Positions 1 through 9,133 of a stretch of 64,000 bases of DNA are shown one piece after another; positions within the stretch are counted from its first letter, which is position 1, and every line of letters starts with the position of its first letter. The DNA is from Burkholderiales bacterium (GTDB lineage Bacteria; Pseudomonadota; Gammaproteobacteria; Burkholderiales; JACQAP01): the NCBI GenBank assembly GCA_046155535.1, contig JBJXFN010000155.1, positions 635 to 64,634 on the forward strand, in the 5' to 3' direction. Both the position numbers and the translations under genes were made by a program. Under the pieces are notes generated by a model. That model was not told the DNA's origin. It searched no databases and saw only the letters and a program-made list of their open reading frames with translations.

Positions 1-507
1 CGCCGCCTCGAAAACCTTGTCTGGAGAGACCACCGTCATCAGCGGCACAATGTCCGGGTAGGCCGACTTCTGCTGGGCGGCAACTTCGGGACCATCGTAC
101 GAGACCGGATGATCACCTTCCTTGCGCAGTTTCGCCGCGGCCACGAATTGCGGCGGGTTCGCGGTATCGGTGCTGATATCGTGGATATAGGGCAGCGAAT
201 CGACCGCTCGTTTGTAACTCCAGGGGACATACGCTCCAGCTATGCCAATTACCAATCCGATCGCGGCAACCGCGATCATTCCTGGGGACTGTGCCCGCGC
301 GAGCACCAACGCCAGCATTGACACGATGCCCCCGGCGGCGGCAAACCAGAAGGCCCAGCGCAGCACGCTGATGCCGGTCCGGAAATGCCACCACTGCAGG
401 CGATATCCCACGCCGGCAAGCAGCATGGCGATGACACTTCCGACACTGACCAGAGCACCGATTACCACCAGCCGCACAAACATCGTTTCCCATTGCGATG
501 CACTCAT
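1..507 (-). CDS. DUF1499-like membrane protein; C-terminus runs off the window start
   Basis: Absent from the ORF track because it has no in-window stop. My translation of the minus strand from the ATG at 507-505 reads MSASQWETMFVRLVVIGALVSVGSVIAMLLAGVGYRLQWWHFRTGISVLRWAFWFAAAGGIVSMLALVLARAQSPG...YIHDISTDTANPPQFVAAAKLRKEGDHPVSYDGPEVAAQQKSAYPDIVPL. It has hydrophobic N-terminal helices and then an ISTD..NPPQF stretch that I associate with DUF1499. The frame stays open to position 1. Confidence 0.55.
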   Translation of the reverse strand, partial: MSASQWETMFVRLVVIGALVSVGSVIAMLLAGVGYRLQWWHFRTGISVLRWAFWFAAAGGIVSMLALVLARAQSPGMIAVAAIGLVIGIAGAYVPWSYKRAVDSLPYIHDISTDTANPPQFVAAAKLRKEGDHPVSYDGPEVAAQQKSAYPDIVPLMTVVSPDKVFEAA

Positions 508-577
508 GGCGATTCTTCAATTGTTTTCCAGTCACGACGCATGTGTGAACTGGAATCAGGTTTATACGTCTGGATTC

Positions 578-1246
578 CTAGCGATTCACGTCAGTAAGAT
601 GACTCGATTTAAACCATACCTTGGCACCTTGGCTCCCCGCCTTGCACTGCAGATCCGTGCCGGGAGGCAGTCTCAGCCACGACTGTGGTGAAAATGTTTC
701 GTGGCCCTCCAGGAAGCTGCCTTCCAGGACCAACAATTCAATCCCTCCCGGCGCATGCAATTCAATCGCGCTATCCGGCGCCCAGCGTTCCAGGCGCACC
801 ATTTCCCGCGCGTGTTCAAACAACGGCAAAACTTCCACACCACGGCGGCCTGGCGCGGGCAGGAACGGTTGCGATTTGGTATCGACTTGTACCTGCACGC
901 GATCGGCAAGATCGAATTGCCAGAGTTTGACGAAGATGATGCAACCGGATTCTGATCCCGGCGCATGGCGCGAGGTCGGCGGATTGCGAACGTAGCAGCC
1001 CGCAGGATAATCGCCGCGCTCATCCTGGAACACGCCCTCCAGAACCAGAAACTCCTCACCCCCGCCGTGGGTATGCGGGGAAAATTGACTGTGCGGGGCG
1101 TAACGGACAATTGAGGTGGCGCGCGCCACTTCGTCGCCGATACGGTCCAGCATCCGCCTTTCGACGCCAGCCATGGGCGACGGTGTCCACGCAAGCTGTG
1201 CTGCATGCACGGCGGCGCGACGGGTGAAATCGGCATTCAGTTCCAT
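578..1246 (-). CDS. cupin domain protein (ChrR-like bicupin)
   Basis: 222-aa ORF. The motif HTHGGGEEFLVLEGVF...YVRNPPTSRHAP is a typical cupin metal-site pattern, and a second cupin-like half contains ELLVLEGSF. Confidence 0.75.
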   Translation of the reverse strand: MELNADFTRRAAVHAAQLAWTPSPMAGVERRMLDRIGDEVARATSIVRYAPHSQFSPHTHGGGEEFLVLEGVFQDERGDYPAGCYVRNPPTSRHAPGSESGCIIFVKLWQFDLADRVQVQVDTKSQPFLPAPGRRGVEVLPLFEHAREMVRLERWAPDSAIELHAPGGIELLVLEGSFLEGHETFSPQSWLRLPPGTDLQCKAGSQGAKVWFKSSHLTDVNR

Positions 1247-1325
1247 GATGAGCGCAATTATCGTTCATGGCGGGCGGGCAATCCATCGGCCACTGGATTC
1301 GCAACATCTTCGACATCCGGGCAAA

Positions 1326-2507
1326 ATGCGCGCTCTCACCATGCACCCTGCCCTGTTCGCCCTTGCTCTTGCCGGTCTGGTTTCCGGCGCCAATCTGCGC
1401 ATGTTCGATGCCCTGCTGCCCTCGGTGGCGGAGAATTTCGGCGTGGTGCCCACGATCGCCTCCGTGGTGGTCACGGCGTTCACCCTGGCCTATGGCGCCT
1501 CGCAGCTGGTGCACGGTCCGCTGGCCGACCGGATCGGCAAGTTGCGCGTGGTGTCGATGGCAAGTTTCATCGCAGGACTCGCGTCGCTGGGCAGCATTTT
1601 TGTCGATTCACTGCCGGGCCTGGCGGCCATGCGTTTCGCCACCGGCCTGGGCGCCGGGGGCATGATTCCGCTGGCCCTGGCCTGGATTGGCGACAACACG
1701 CCCTACGAAGGACGCCAGGCAACGCTGGGCCGTTTCATCGGCATCATTCTGCTGGGACACATCCTTGGGCCGGTGCTGGCCGGCGCACTCGCGCATTTTG
1801 TGTCCTGGCGCGCAGTGTTCGGGATTTTCGCAGTGCTGTTCTTCCTTACCGGGGCCATTCTCTGGTTGCAACATCGAAAGTCGCCGGTTCAGGTGAACAC
1901 CGGGAAGTCCCCGGCCGGCATCTGGTCCGTATACGCAACGGTATTACGCGACCGCTGGGTGCGCACCGTGCTCGCCACGGTATTTATCGAAGGCGCGTTG
2001 TTTTATGGCGCGTTTGCCTACACCGGTGCGTACCTCAAGGAAAAATTCGATCTCTCGTACTTCACGGTCGGCGCAATCATCGCGGCCTTTGGATTGGGCG
2101 GATTGCTCTACAGCCTGGCCGTGCGTTGGCTGTTGCGCCGGTTGGGCGAAGGCGGACTGGTGGGTCTGGGCAGCGTCATGCTGTTGCTGGTTTACCTTCT
2201 GTTGCCGTGGCTTCCTGCCTGGCAGTTTTTTGTGCCGGCGTTGATCGTCGCGGGCTTCGGCTTTTACATGTTTCACAATACGCTTCAGACCCGCTCCACC
2301 GAAATGGCGCCCGCGGCGCGCGGCACCGCATTGTCGCTGCATGCCTTTGCCATGTTCATCGGACAGGCCTCAGGTGTCGCAATTTTCGGGGCTGGCATCC
2401 ACGCCACGAGTTATGGTTGGGGCTTTGTTGTTGCCGGTGCCGGACTCTTCGCGCTGGGAAGGTGGTTCTCCGGCCGCGTGCGCCGGCAGGTTTTCCGCAA
2501 TTCCTGA
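1326..2507 (+). CDS. MFS transporter
   Basis: In-frame ATG at 1326 (MRALTMHPALFALALAG...) inside the 1116..2507 track ORF. The protein has about 12 hydrophobic segments and the MFS-type loop motif GPLADRIGKLRV. The upstream extension overlaps the cupin gene in antisense and was dropped. Confidence 0.85.
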   Translation: MRALTMHPALFALALAGLVSGANLRMFDALLPSVAENFGVVPTIASVVVTAFTLAYGASQLVHGPLADRIGKLRVVSMASFIAGLASLGSIFVDSLPGLAAMRFATGLGAGGMIPLALAWIGDNTPYEGRQATLGRFIGIILLGHILGPVLAGALAHFVSWRAVFGIFAVLFFLTGAILWLQHRKSPVQVNTGKSPAGIWSVYATVLRDRWVRTVLATVFIEGALFYGAFAYTGAYLKEKFDLSYFTVGAIIAAFGLGGLLYSLAVRWLLRRLGEGGLVGLGSVMLLLVYLLLPWLPAWQFFVPALIVAGFGFYMFHNTLQTRSTEMAPAARGTALSLHAFAMFIGQASGVAIFGAGIHATSYGWGFVVAGAGLFALGRWFSGRVRRQVFRNS

Positions 2508-2611
2508 CCCACGCATCCGGACGGTTGGCAGTATCATTGCCCGTCCTCGCGACAAAGCCTTCCGCCGGGCAATTACCGACGGGAATCGCCACTCACTACA
2601 GGAGAATTGCG

Positions 2612-2980
2612 ATGAAGAAAGCATGGAAGGTGTTTGCAACACTCGCATTGTGTCTTCCGGCGCTGACATTTGCGGCCGGCCAGATCACAGAGGCCAAACT
2701 CGGAAAAGGTATCGCAGAACGCATGATCACCGAGGAGGCCAGCGGCTTTGCGGCCGGCGAGAAGGCGTATCTGTGGATGCGGGTGATGGACGCAACAGGT
2801 GAAACGCTGGTTGTCACCTGGAAAACAGGCGATCAGTCCTTCCAGTCGTCGGTCAACATTGGCGGCAGTCCCTGGCGCACCTGGGCGAACAAGACGCTGC
2901 ACATTGTTGGCGAGTGGACCGTGACCGTGAACGATACCGCGGGCAACATCCTGCACGAAACCAAATTGAACGTTCAGTAA
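2612..2980 (+). CDS. small secreted protein (signal peptide; tentatively DUF2914-like beta domain)
   Basis: ATG at 2612 follows GGAG (caggagaattgcgATG). The N-terminus MKKAWKVFATLALCLPALTFAAG looks like a signal peptide. Only the last 122 codons of the 591-aa track ORF 1205..2980 are used. Confidence 0.6.
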   Translation: MKKAWKVFATLALCLPALTFAAGQITEAKLGKGIAERMITEEASGFAAGEKAYLWMRVMDATGETLVVTWKTGDQSFQSSVNIGGSPWRTWANKTLHIVGEWTVTVNDTAGNILHETKLNVQ

Positions 2981-2996
2981 GGCAGTCGGTTAATCC

Positions 2997-3033
2997 TGGC
3001 GCGCCGGCGCAAGACGGCGCGCCATTTCTTCGT
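2997..3033 (+). terminator. candidate intrinsic terminator between convergent genes
   Basis: 10-bp GC stem TGGCGCGCCG (2997-3006) pairs with CGGCGCGCCA (3015-3024) across an 8-nt loop and is followed by TTTCTTCGTC. It lies 17 nt after the 2980 stop. Confidence 0.5.
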
Positions 3034-3651
3034 CTATCGTCTCGGCCAGTTGCCCGGCGGACTGCGCCCGAATCGATACATCCACCAGCCGCCGAGCAGT
3101 CCGCCAAGATGAGCGAAGTGGGCCACTCCCTGCTGGGTACCGGTGACGCCCAGATAAAGCTCCAGCCCGGCATACAGGGCCACAAACACCCGAGACGGGA
3201 TCGGAATCGGCGGAATCAGCGGCACGATCTTGCGATGTGGAAACACCAGCGCATAAGCCAGCAGAATGCCGAAGACACCCGCAGAAGCCCCGATCACCGG
3301 ACCTTGCCCGGCGCCAAACGCGCCGCCAATCAGCAGGTGAGCGATGGCACCGCTGGCCACGCTTGCAAAATAGGCCTTGGCAACGCGCCGGGAACCCCAT
3401 ACGCGCTCCAGATCGGAACCGAACATCCACAGCGCAAGCATATTGAAGCCAATATGCAGCAGGCTGCCGTGCAGAAAACTGTACGACAGCAATTGCCAGG
3501 GTTTCAGCAGCGGCAGACTCGCCCAACCTTCTCCCGCACCGGGCCAGAGGGCGAACCAGTAAAACAACAGACCGGCGGCCTGCGATTCCAGCAGATAGAT
3601 CACCACGTTGACGATGATCAGCGCCTGCGTAAAGGGTGGAATCGGGCGCAT
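3034..3651 (-). CDS. rhomboid family intramembrane serine protease
   Basis: Start at ATG 3651 (MRPIPPFTQALIIVNVVIYLL). Rhomboid hallmarks are present: FLHGSLLHIGFNMLALW, GASAGVFG (catalytic Ser) and AHLGG (catalytic His). Confidence 0.85.
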   Translation of the reverse strand: MRPIPPFTQALIIVNVVIYLLESQAAGLLFYWFALWPGAGEGWASLPLLKPWQLLSYSFLHGSLLHIGFNMLALWMFGSDLERVWGSRRVAKAYFASVASGAIAHLLIGGAFGAGQGPVIGASAGVFGILLAYALVFPHRKIVPLIPPIPIPSRVFVALYAGLELYLGVTGTQQGVAHFAHLGGLLGGWWMYRFGRSPPGNWPRR

Positions 3652-3725
3652 TATCGTTCGACTCCTGATCCCGGACACGGAATCCGAATGTTGAACATGC
3701 TGCGCATGACTTCGTTGCCTCCTGA

Positions 3726-4667
3726 TCAGGCAGGGGGGCGCGCCGTGCCGGGCGGGCGCCGGGCGGTCACGCCCAGCGCATCGGCCACGCGCAGGACTTC
3801 GCGTCGTTCTTCCGCATTGAGGCTGACAACCGGCGAGATGGTGCCACCGCATTCAATTCCTAGTCTGGCCGACAACACCACTTTGCACACATGTGCCGGG
3901 GCACGGTACATCCAGACCAGATCCACGAATTTACGCACTTCCTCCTGCAGCGCGCGGGCCCGGGGGAAATCACCTTCCCGCCACGCGGCGTACAGGCTGG
4001 CGTAGTGCCAGGGCGCCACGGACAATGGCGCGTCGATGCTGCCCGCCGCGCCCATGGTCAGCGCCGGCAGGGGAAAGGAGCCGTTTCCGGAAAAACAGAT
4101 CAACCCCATGTCGGCAAACACCTTGATATCGGAAAAATTCGGCGCCGAATGCTTGAGCCCGACGATCGTCGGAATCTCACGCACGAATTTCTCCATCATC
4201 GCGGGAACGGTTTCAACCTGGGTCAACTGGGGCAGGTTGTATACAAAAAACGGCAGATCTCCGGCTGCGTCAGCCACTGCCTTGTAATGATCGATCCGGG
4301 ATCGGTCGGTACTCCAGAAAAAAAACGGCGGCACGCAGCAAACAGCGGCACAGCCCGCAGCACGGGCGGTTTTGGCCGCCTTTACCGCACTGGCTGTGCT
4401 GACCGCCCCGACATGCATGATGACAGGCACGCGGTCCTTGCACGTTTCGGCCGAGATGCGCGCCACCGTATCGCGTTGCTCCTCCGACAGCGCCGGCCCC
4501 TCTCCGGTACTGCCCGCCATCCAGAAGCCGTTCATGCCGTGCGCGATGTTGTCTTCGAGCAACGCGCGCAAGGCCTGTTCGTGTACCCGTCCGTCTTCGG
4601 TCAGCGGCGTCGGCGGCGCCGGAAACATCCCTTTGAATTGCGCGAGCAAGGCTTCCTTTCCCGACAC
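3726..4667 (-). CDS. dihydrodipicolinate synthase / N-acetylneuraminate lyase family protein
   Basis: 313-aa ORF with FPAPPTPLTEDG...GFWMAGSTGEG...FFVYNLP...GLKHS (Schiff-base Lys context), the pattern of class I DapA-family aldolases. Confidence 0.8.
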   Translation of the reverse strand: MSGKEALLAQFKGMFPAPPTPLTEDGRVHEQALRALLEDNIAHGMNGFWMAGSTGEGPALSEEQRDTVARISAETCKDRVPVIMHVGAVSTASAVKAAKTARAAGCAAVCCVPPFFFWSTDRSRIDHYKAVADAAGDLPFFVYNLPQLTQVETVPAMMEKFVREIPTIVGLKHSAPNFSDIKVFADMGLICFSGNGSFPLPALTMGAAGSIDAPLSVAPWHYASLYAAWREGDFPRARALQEEVRKFVDLVWMYRAPAHVCKVVLSARLGIECGGTISPVVSLNAEERREVLRVADALGVTARRPPGTARPPA

Positions 4668-4679
4668 GGATCGAAGCGC

Positions 4680-5342
4680 TTACTTGACGATTTCGAGCAA
4701 CTCGACTTCGAATATCAGGGTCGCACCGGGTTTGATGACCGGCGGCGATCCACGGTCGCCATAGGCGATGTCCGCCGGGCAAATCAGCCGGCTTTTGCCG
4801 CCCACCTTGATTTCCTGCACTCCTTCTGTCCAGCACTTGATGACGCGATTCAAAGGAAAGGTGGCCGGTTCGCCGCGTTTGACCGAGCTGTCGAATTCGG
4901 TGCCATCGACGAGGGTACCGTGGTAGTGCACCTTGACCGTGTCGGTCGCTTTCGGCGACGGGCCCTTGCCTTCGGTGATCACCTTGATCAAGGCACCGGA
5001 AGCGGTTTTCTTGACACCGGATTCCGCGGCAGCCTTGGCGAGGAATGCCGTACTGGATTCTTTTTCCTTCTCGGCCACTTTCGATGCGCGCGCCTGGGCC
5101 ATCTCCTGAATCTTGGGTCCGAAAACCTGCATGTCCACCTTCGGCGTGCGTTTCATCGCGCCATCGGCCAGGCCCGCCTTCACCAGTTCCAGTTCGGCTT
5201 CGCTCAATCCAAAGTCGTTCAGAGACTGGCTGATCGCAATGCCGATCGCGTAGAGGGTTTTCTGGTCGTCGGTTTTCAGGTCGGCGGCACTGGTGCAACC
5301 GATGGAACACAGCAGCACAAGGCCGTAGGCGGATACTTTCAT
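4680..5342 (-). CDS. FKBP-type peptidyl-prolyl cis-trans isomerase, lipoprotein (FkpA/Mip-like)
   Basis: Lipobox LLCSIGC at the N-terminus. The C-terminal FKBP domain reads VKVHYHGTLVDGTEFDSS...FPLNRVIKCWTEG...GGKSRLICPADIAYGDRG...IKPGATLIFEVELL. Confidence 0.9.
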   Translation of the reverse strand: MKVSAYGLVLLCSIGCTSAADLKTDDQKTLYAIGIAISQSLNDFGLSEAELELVKAGLADGAMKRTPKVDMQVFGPKIQEMAQARASKVAEKEKESSTAFLAKAAAESGVKKTASGALIKVITEGKGPSPKATDTVKVHYHGTLVDGTEFDSSVKRGEPATFPLNRVIKCWTEGVQEIKVGGKSRLICPADIAYGDRGSPPVIKPGATLIFEVELLEIVK

Positions 5343-5580
5343 GGGACACCCTTCTGTTGGAAAGGCGCGATCTTACCGCAGAACGTGCAGCCACCCGCCC
5401 TGCCACCAGCCAGGACGCCCGAGGTTTGGAAATCTTGTTGGCCGCAGATAATCCCGCGCAGTGGTCGCGAGTTCCGTAAACTGTGCCCGCGTTCCGCATG
5501 TTGCCGAACGTGGTTTGTGCAATTCATTCACGGCCGCCGCCGGGCACGATCCGAAAGCGCCGCTACCAAGGAGTCCCGCC

Positions 5581-5697
5581 ATGGCCAAAGGCCAGATGCG
5601 AAGCAATCGCGAAGTGAAAAAACCCAAACAGGCGAAAAAGCTGCCTGCCGCCCCCGGCAGCCGCACGCCGATGCCTGCGCCTGCCAAGAAAAAGTAA
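5581..5697 (+). CDS. small lysine-rich hypothetical protein (38 aa)
   Basis: The ATG at 5581 is preceded by AAGGAG with 7-nt spacing. The product is MAKGQMRSNREVKKPKQAKKLPAAPGSRTPMPAPAKKK. It lies in an otherwise gene-free gap, and I recognise no family. Confidence 0.45.
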   Translation: MAKGQMRSNREVKKPKQAKKLPAAPGSRTPMPAPAKKK

Positions 5698-5740
5698 TAC
5701 GCCTGCCGGACTTCCGTGAAACGGGGAACGGCGCGGAAAA

Positions 5741-6769
5741 TCAGCCAAACCGGGTTCGGTACTCACTCGGCAATACCCCAAGGTGTGCCGCAAACGCGCG
5801 TCGGAGGTTGTATTCAGAACCGAACCCCGATTTGCGGGCCACCTGTTTGACCGAATGCGAATCCGCCTCCAGCATCCTGCACGCGGCTTCGACTCTGAGA
5901 CGTGCCAGCAGGGTGGACGGCGAAACATGGATTTCCTGACGCAGGCGACGATGCAATGACCTGTTGGACATGGCCATCGCGGTGGCCATGGCATCCACGT
6001 CGATGCGCCGGTGCAAATGCGGTTTGAGCCAATTCGTCAACCTGTCGGCCACTCCGCCTTCGTTCAATTGCGCCATCAGTGTCGCGCTGAATTGCCGCTG
6101 GCCGCCAGCGCGCTTGTGATAGACAACGAGCCGCTTGGCCGCACTCAGGGCCGCTGCACGCCCGAGATCCTCCTGCACGAGGCTCAGGCATAGGTCGATC
6201 CCGGCAGTGATCCCCGCCGAGGTGTAGATCGTCCCGTCCTTGATAAAAATAGCATCGTCGTGAACCTGCACCGCCGGGTACTGCCGCCGTAGCAAATCCA
6301 CATCCATCCAGTGCGTAACCGCCCGTCTGCCATCCAACAGTCCGGCACGAGCCAGCAAAAACGCACCGCTGCACACCGAGCAGCAGCGACCCAGCGCGGC
6401 TTGTGCGCCGGCTAGCCAGCGCAACAAAGACTTTTCCTCTGCAGCCTGCTCGATTCCCTTCCCCCCGGAGACCACCAACGTGCCCCCGCCCAGCCGGCGC
6501 ACTGCCGGCAGGCGTTCCGTCAGCATCGTCGCGCCGGCCGTGGAAACCACTGGTCCGCCGGTCGGAGAAATCAGCCGAATCCGATAGGGTGCCGAAAGAC
6601 CGGCATCCATCGCATCATCGTTGGCGGTGGAAAACACCTGGGCAGGGCCGGTCGCATCCAATAACTGGAAATTTGGAAAAACCAGAATCCAGACCGTGGC
6701 GGGTTTGTTGTTTCTTGCGGAGGATCCGCGCCCCACGCGGGCCGGAAGAGGAAAGGAAGGCATGGACAT
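5741..6769 (-). CDS. GlxA-family transcriptional regulator (DJ-1/PfpI-like N-domain + AraC HTH)
   Basis: 342 aa. The N-terminal part (VWILVFPNFQLLDATGPAQVF...CSVCSGAFLLARAGLLDGRRAVTHW) looks like a GATase1/DJ-1 fold, and the C-terminus has an AraC-type HTH (SVKQVARKSGFGSEYNLRRAF). Confidence 0.85.
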   Translation of the reverse strand: MSMPSFPLPARVGRGSSARNNKPATVWILVFPNFQLLDATGPAQVFSTANDDAMDAGLSAPYRIRLISPTGGPVVSTAGATMLTERLPAVRRLGGGTLVVSGGKGIEQAAEEKSLLRWLAGAQAALGRCCSVCSGAFLLARAGLLDGRRAVTHWMDVDLLRRQYPAVQVHDDAIFIKDGTIYTSAGITAGIDLCLSLVQEDLGRAAALSAAKRLVVYHKRAGGQRQFSATLMAQLNEGGVADRLTNWLKPHLHRRIDVDAMATAMAMSNRSLHRRLRQEIHVSPSTLLARLRVEAACRMLEADSHSVKQVARKSGFGSEYNLRRAFAAHLGVLPSEYRTRFG

Positions 6770-6889
6770 ACTGGCGGATTATCAACCATCAATGTCATTT
6801 CTGCCACAAGCAAACCCGGCATCCTTCATTCGTCGCATGCGGTCCGTGCGCGTGCGATCTTTCACAGAACCCCATGAGGAGAAACGCCA

Positions 6890-7198
6890 ATGCTGGAACT
6901 CAGACCCACCTGCGAACATTGCAACTGCGCCCTGCCGCCGGCTTCCACTGACGCCATGATCTGTTCTTTCGAATGCACATTCTGCAAAGCTTGCGCAGAA
7001 GCCATTCTGGGCAATGTGTGTCCGAATTGCGGGGGGGGCTTCCAGTCCCGGCCGATCCGACCCGTTGTCGACTGGAAGGGTGAAAATTTTCTCGGCAAAT
7101 ATCCGGCCGGCAGCAAAGTTAAGCACCGGCCCGTCGATTGCAAGGCGCACGAGCGTTTCGCGGCCCCGATTCGCGCGATTGCACCGGAGCGGCGATGA
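6890..7198 (+). CDS. DUF1272 Cys-rich (zinc-ribbon-like) protein
   Basis: 102 aa, MLELRPTCEHCNCALPP...MICSFECTFCKACAE..LGNVCPNCGGGF, which is the Cys pattern I recall for DUF1272. Confidence 0.7.
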   Translation: MLELRPTCEHCNCALPPASTDAMICSFECTFCKACAEAILGNVCPNCGGGFQSRPIRPVVDWKGENFLGKYPAGSKVKHRPVDCKAHERFAAPIRAIAPERR

Positions 7199-7230
7199 GG
7201 AACCGCGCGCTGCGGCAGGCATCCTGCGCA

Positions 7231-8232
7231 TCACGACAGGCGGAATGCCCTTGACAACAACTCGTAGGAGTGATGACGCGGGGCCGGATCGAAAGTCCAG
7301 GTGACGATGACCAGCTCCTCGAGTTCCAGTTTGCGCGCCACCTCCAAGAGGCGCGCGGAGACCTGCTCGCCGGTGCCGACGAATGCCTTGCGGCGCAAGG
7401 CATCGATGATGCCCTGCTCCCAATCTGTGTAGGGATGCGCCGCGGCTTCTTCCGGTGACACCAGAGGCTTGCGCAGGCCCTGCTCGAATCCGACCCGCCA
7501 GTGTTCCCGCGTCTTGAGCAGGTGCCAGGCTTCGGCTTCGGTGTCCGCGGCAAGTGCCCACACGCAGATTGTTGCCTGCGGATGGGGGTAACGCTCGCTG
7601 GGACGGTAGTTGCTCCGGTACAGCTCCAGGGCCTGTTCGCAGCCTCGTCCATCCGTAAAAAAATAAGCAAACGCATAAGGCAGCCCGAAATGCGCGGCCA
7701 ACTGCGCGCCATAATCGGAACTTCCCAGAATCCACAGTTCCGGGCTTGTCGGACCCTGCGGATGCGCCTGGATGGCGCCGAACGGATGCCCTTCCTGCAA
7801 GGGCAGTCCCGACACCCAGGCCTGCAGGTCGAGCACCTGGCGGGGGAATTCCTGTTCGGCATTGGAATGGGGATTCAACGCGTGTGCGGTCAACCGGTCC
7901 GAACCCGGGGCACGCCCCACTCCCAGATCAATCCTGCCCGGCGCGATGCTTTCCAGAATACGGAACTGTTCGGCCACTTTCAGGGCTGAGTAATGCGGCA
8001 GCATCACGCCCGCCGAGCCGACACGGATGCGCGAAGTCGTCGCCGCAATGGCCGCCATCAACACTTCCGGGGCGGTGCCGACGATGCTGTCGCTGTTGTG
8101 ATGCTCGGACACCCAATAGCGGTAATAGCCCAGGGTGTCGCAATGCCTGGCGAGCGCCAGCGTATCGCGGATCGCCTGGCCAGGACTGCTGCCCTTGGCC
8201 GCCGTGGATTGATCGAGTACCGACAGTTTCAT
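7231..8232 (-). CDS. LLM-class flavin-dependent oxidoreductase (luciferase-like, YhbW-type)
   Basis: 333 aa, MKLSVLDQS...GYYRYWVSEHHN...VMLPHYSALKVAEQFRILESIAPGRIDLGVGRAPGSD, a typical luciferase-like monooxygenase group 1 pattern. Confidence 0.85.
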   Translation of the reverse strand: MKLSVLDQSTAAKGSSPGQAIRDTLALARHCDTLGYYRYWVSEHHNSDSIVGTAPEVLMAAIAATTSRIRVGSAGVMLPHYSALKVAEQFRILESIAPGRIDLGVGRAPGSDRLTAHALNPHSNAEQEFPRQVLDLQAWVSGLPLQEGHPFGAIQAHPQGPTSPELWILGSSDYGAQLAAHFGLPYAFAYFFTDGRGCEQALELYRSNYRPSERYPHPQATICVWALAADTEAEAWHLLKTREHWRVGFEQGLRKPLVSPEEAAAHPYTDWEQGIIDALRRKAFVGTGEQVSARLLEVARKLELEELVIVTWTFDPAPRHHSYELLSRAFRLS

Positions 8233-8268
8233 GCGGCGCGCATTCCGCTCCGGAATCCGCGCTGGCGG

Positions 8269-9096
8269 TTACAGTATTGCACCGGGCTTGCCCATCGCGT
8301 GTTCCGCCAGTTGTCTCGTCACGATGTCGAACGCTTCGTCCATGGAGTCGGTGCGATGGAACAGTTGCAGGTCTTCCCGGTTGATGGTGCCGTGCCGCAC
8401 CAGCGCGTCGAAATCGATGACGTCATCCCAGTACCGGGTACCGAACAGCACGATGACCATCGGCTTGCGCATCTTGCCGGTCTGCCGCAGCGTCAGGATT
8501 TCAAACACCTCGTCCAGGGTGCCGAATCCTCCCGGAAAAACCAGCAATGCCTTGGCCAGGTAGGAGAACCAGAACTTTCGCATGAAGAAATAATGGAAAT
8601 GAAACGACAGTTCCCGCGTCACGTAGCGGTTGTCGAATTCCTCGAGCGGAATCGAAATGGTTAGCCCGATATTCAGGCCCTTGGCCTCGGAAGCGCCGCG
8701 ATTGGCCGCCTCCATGATGCCGGGGCCGCCGCCGGTACATACGACAAAACGCTGGCCATCGTCTTCCAGGCCCTTGGACCATTCGGTGAAGCGGCGCGCC
8801 AGCTCACGCGCCTCTTCGTAATAGCGCGACATGGCGAACCGCGATTGCGCGCGCTCCAGGTCTCCGTCGCCGCGTTCTGCTGCCGCCACTTCGGCAGCCG
8901 CCTGCTCGCGGGAAATCACTCTGGCCGACCCCATGAAAACGATGGTGTCCTCGATCTTGAAGTGATCGAAACGGCTGCGGGGTTCCAGATACTCGGAAAG
9001 AATGCGCAGCGGCCTGGCATCGCTGCTGTGCAGAAACGGCTCTTTCAGATAGGCCTTTACCGAGTTGTGGCGCCTTTCCTGGCGTTTTTCTGTCAT
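8269..9096 (-). CDS. LOG/TIGR00730-family nucleotide 5'-monophosphate nucleosidase (PpnN-like)
   Basis: Start chosen at ATG 9096 (MTEKRQERRHNS...). Motifs are VCTGGGPGIMEAANRGA and LLVFPGGFGTLDEVFE (PGGxGTxxE). The 390-aa track ORF carries an implausible R/C/P-rich N-terminal extension. Confidence 0.85.
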   Translation of the reverse strand: MTEKRQERRHNSVKAYLKEPFLHSSDARPLRILSEYLEPRSRFDHFKIEDTIVFMGSARVISREQAAAEVAAAERGDGDLERAQSRFAMSRYYEEARELARRFTEWSKGLEDDGQRFVVCTGGGPGIMEAANRGASEAKGLNIGLTISIPLEEFDNRYVTRELSFHFHYFFMRKFWFSYLAKALLVFPGGFGTLDEVFEILTLRQTGKMRKPMVIVLFGTRYWDDVIDFDALVRHGTINREDLQLFHRTDSMDEAFDIVTRQLAEHAMGKPGAIL

Positions 9097-9133
9097 GAGA
9101 TTGGGACCATGAAGGGAAGTGAAGTTGAAAAAG

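Noticed and set aside
1116-2611. Upstream extensions of the track ORFs 1116..2507 (463 aa) and 1205..2980 (591 aa)
   Set aside because: The 1116 extension overlaps the cupin gene in antisense and lacks MFS features before Met71. The 591-aa ORF is an out-of-frame read through the MFS gene, and only its last 122 codons (from 2612, with RBS and signal peptide) look real.
3891-5939. 682-aa plus-strand ORF spanning the DapA-family and FKBP loci
   Set aside because: It is antisense to two minus-strand genes that have clear family motifs. Its translation is R/G/H-rich with no recognisable domain, as expected of a shadow ORF in GC-rich DNA.
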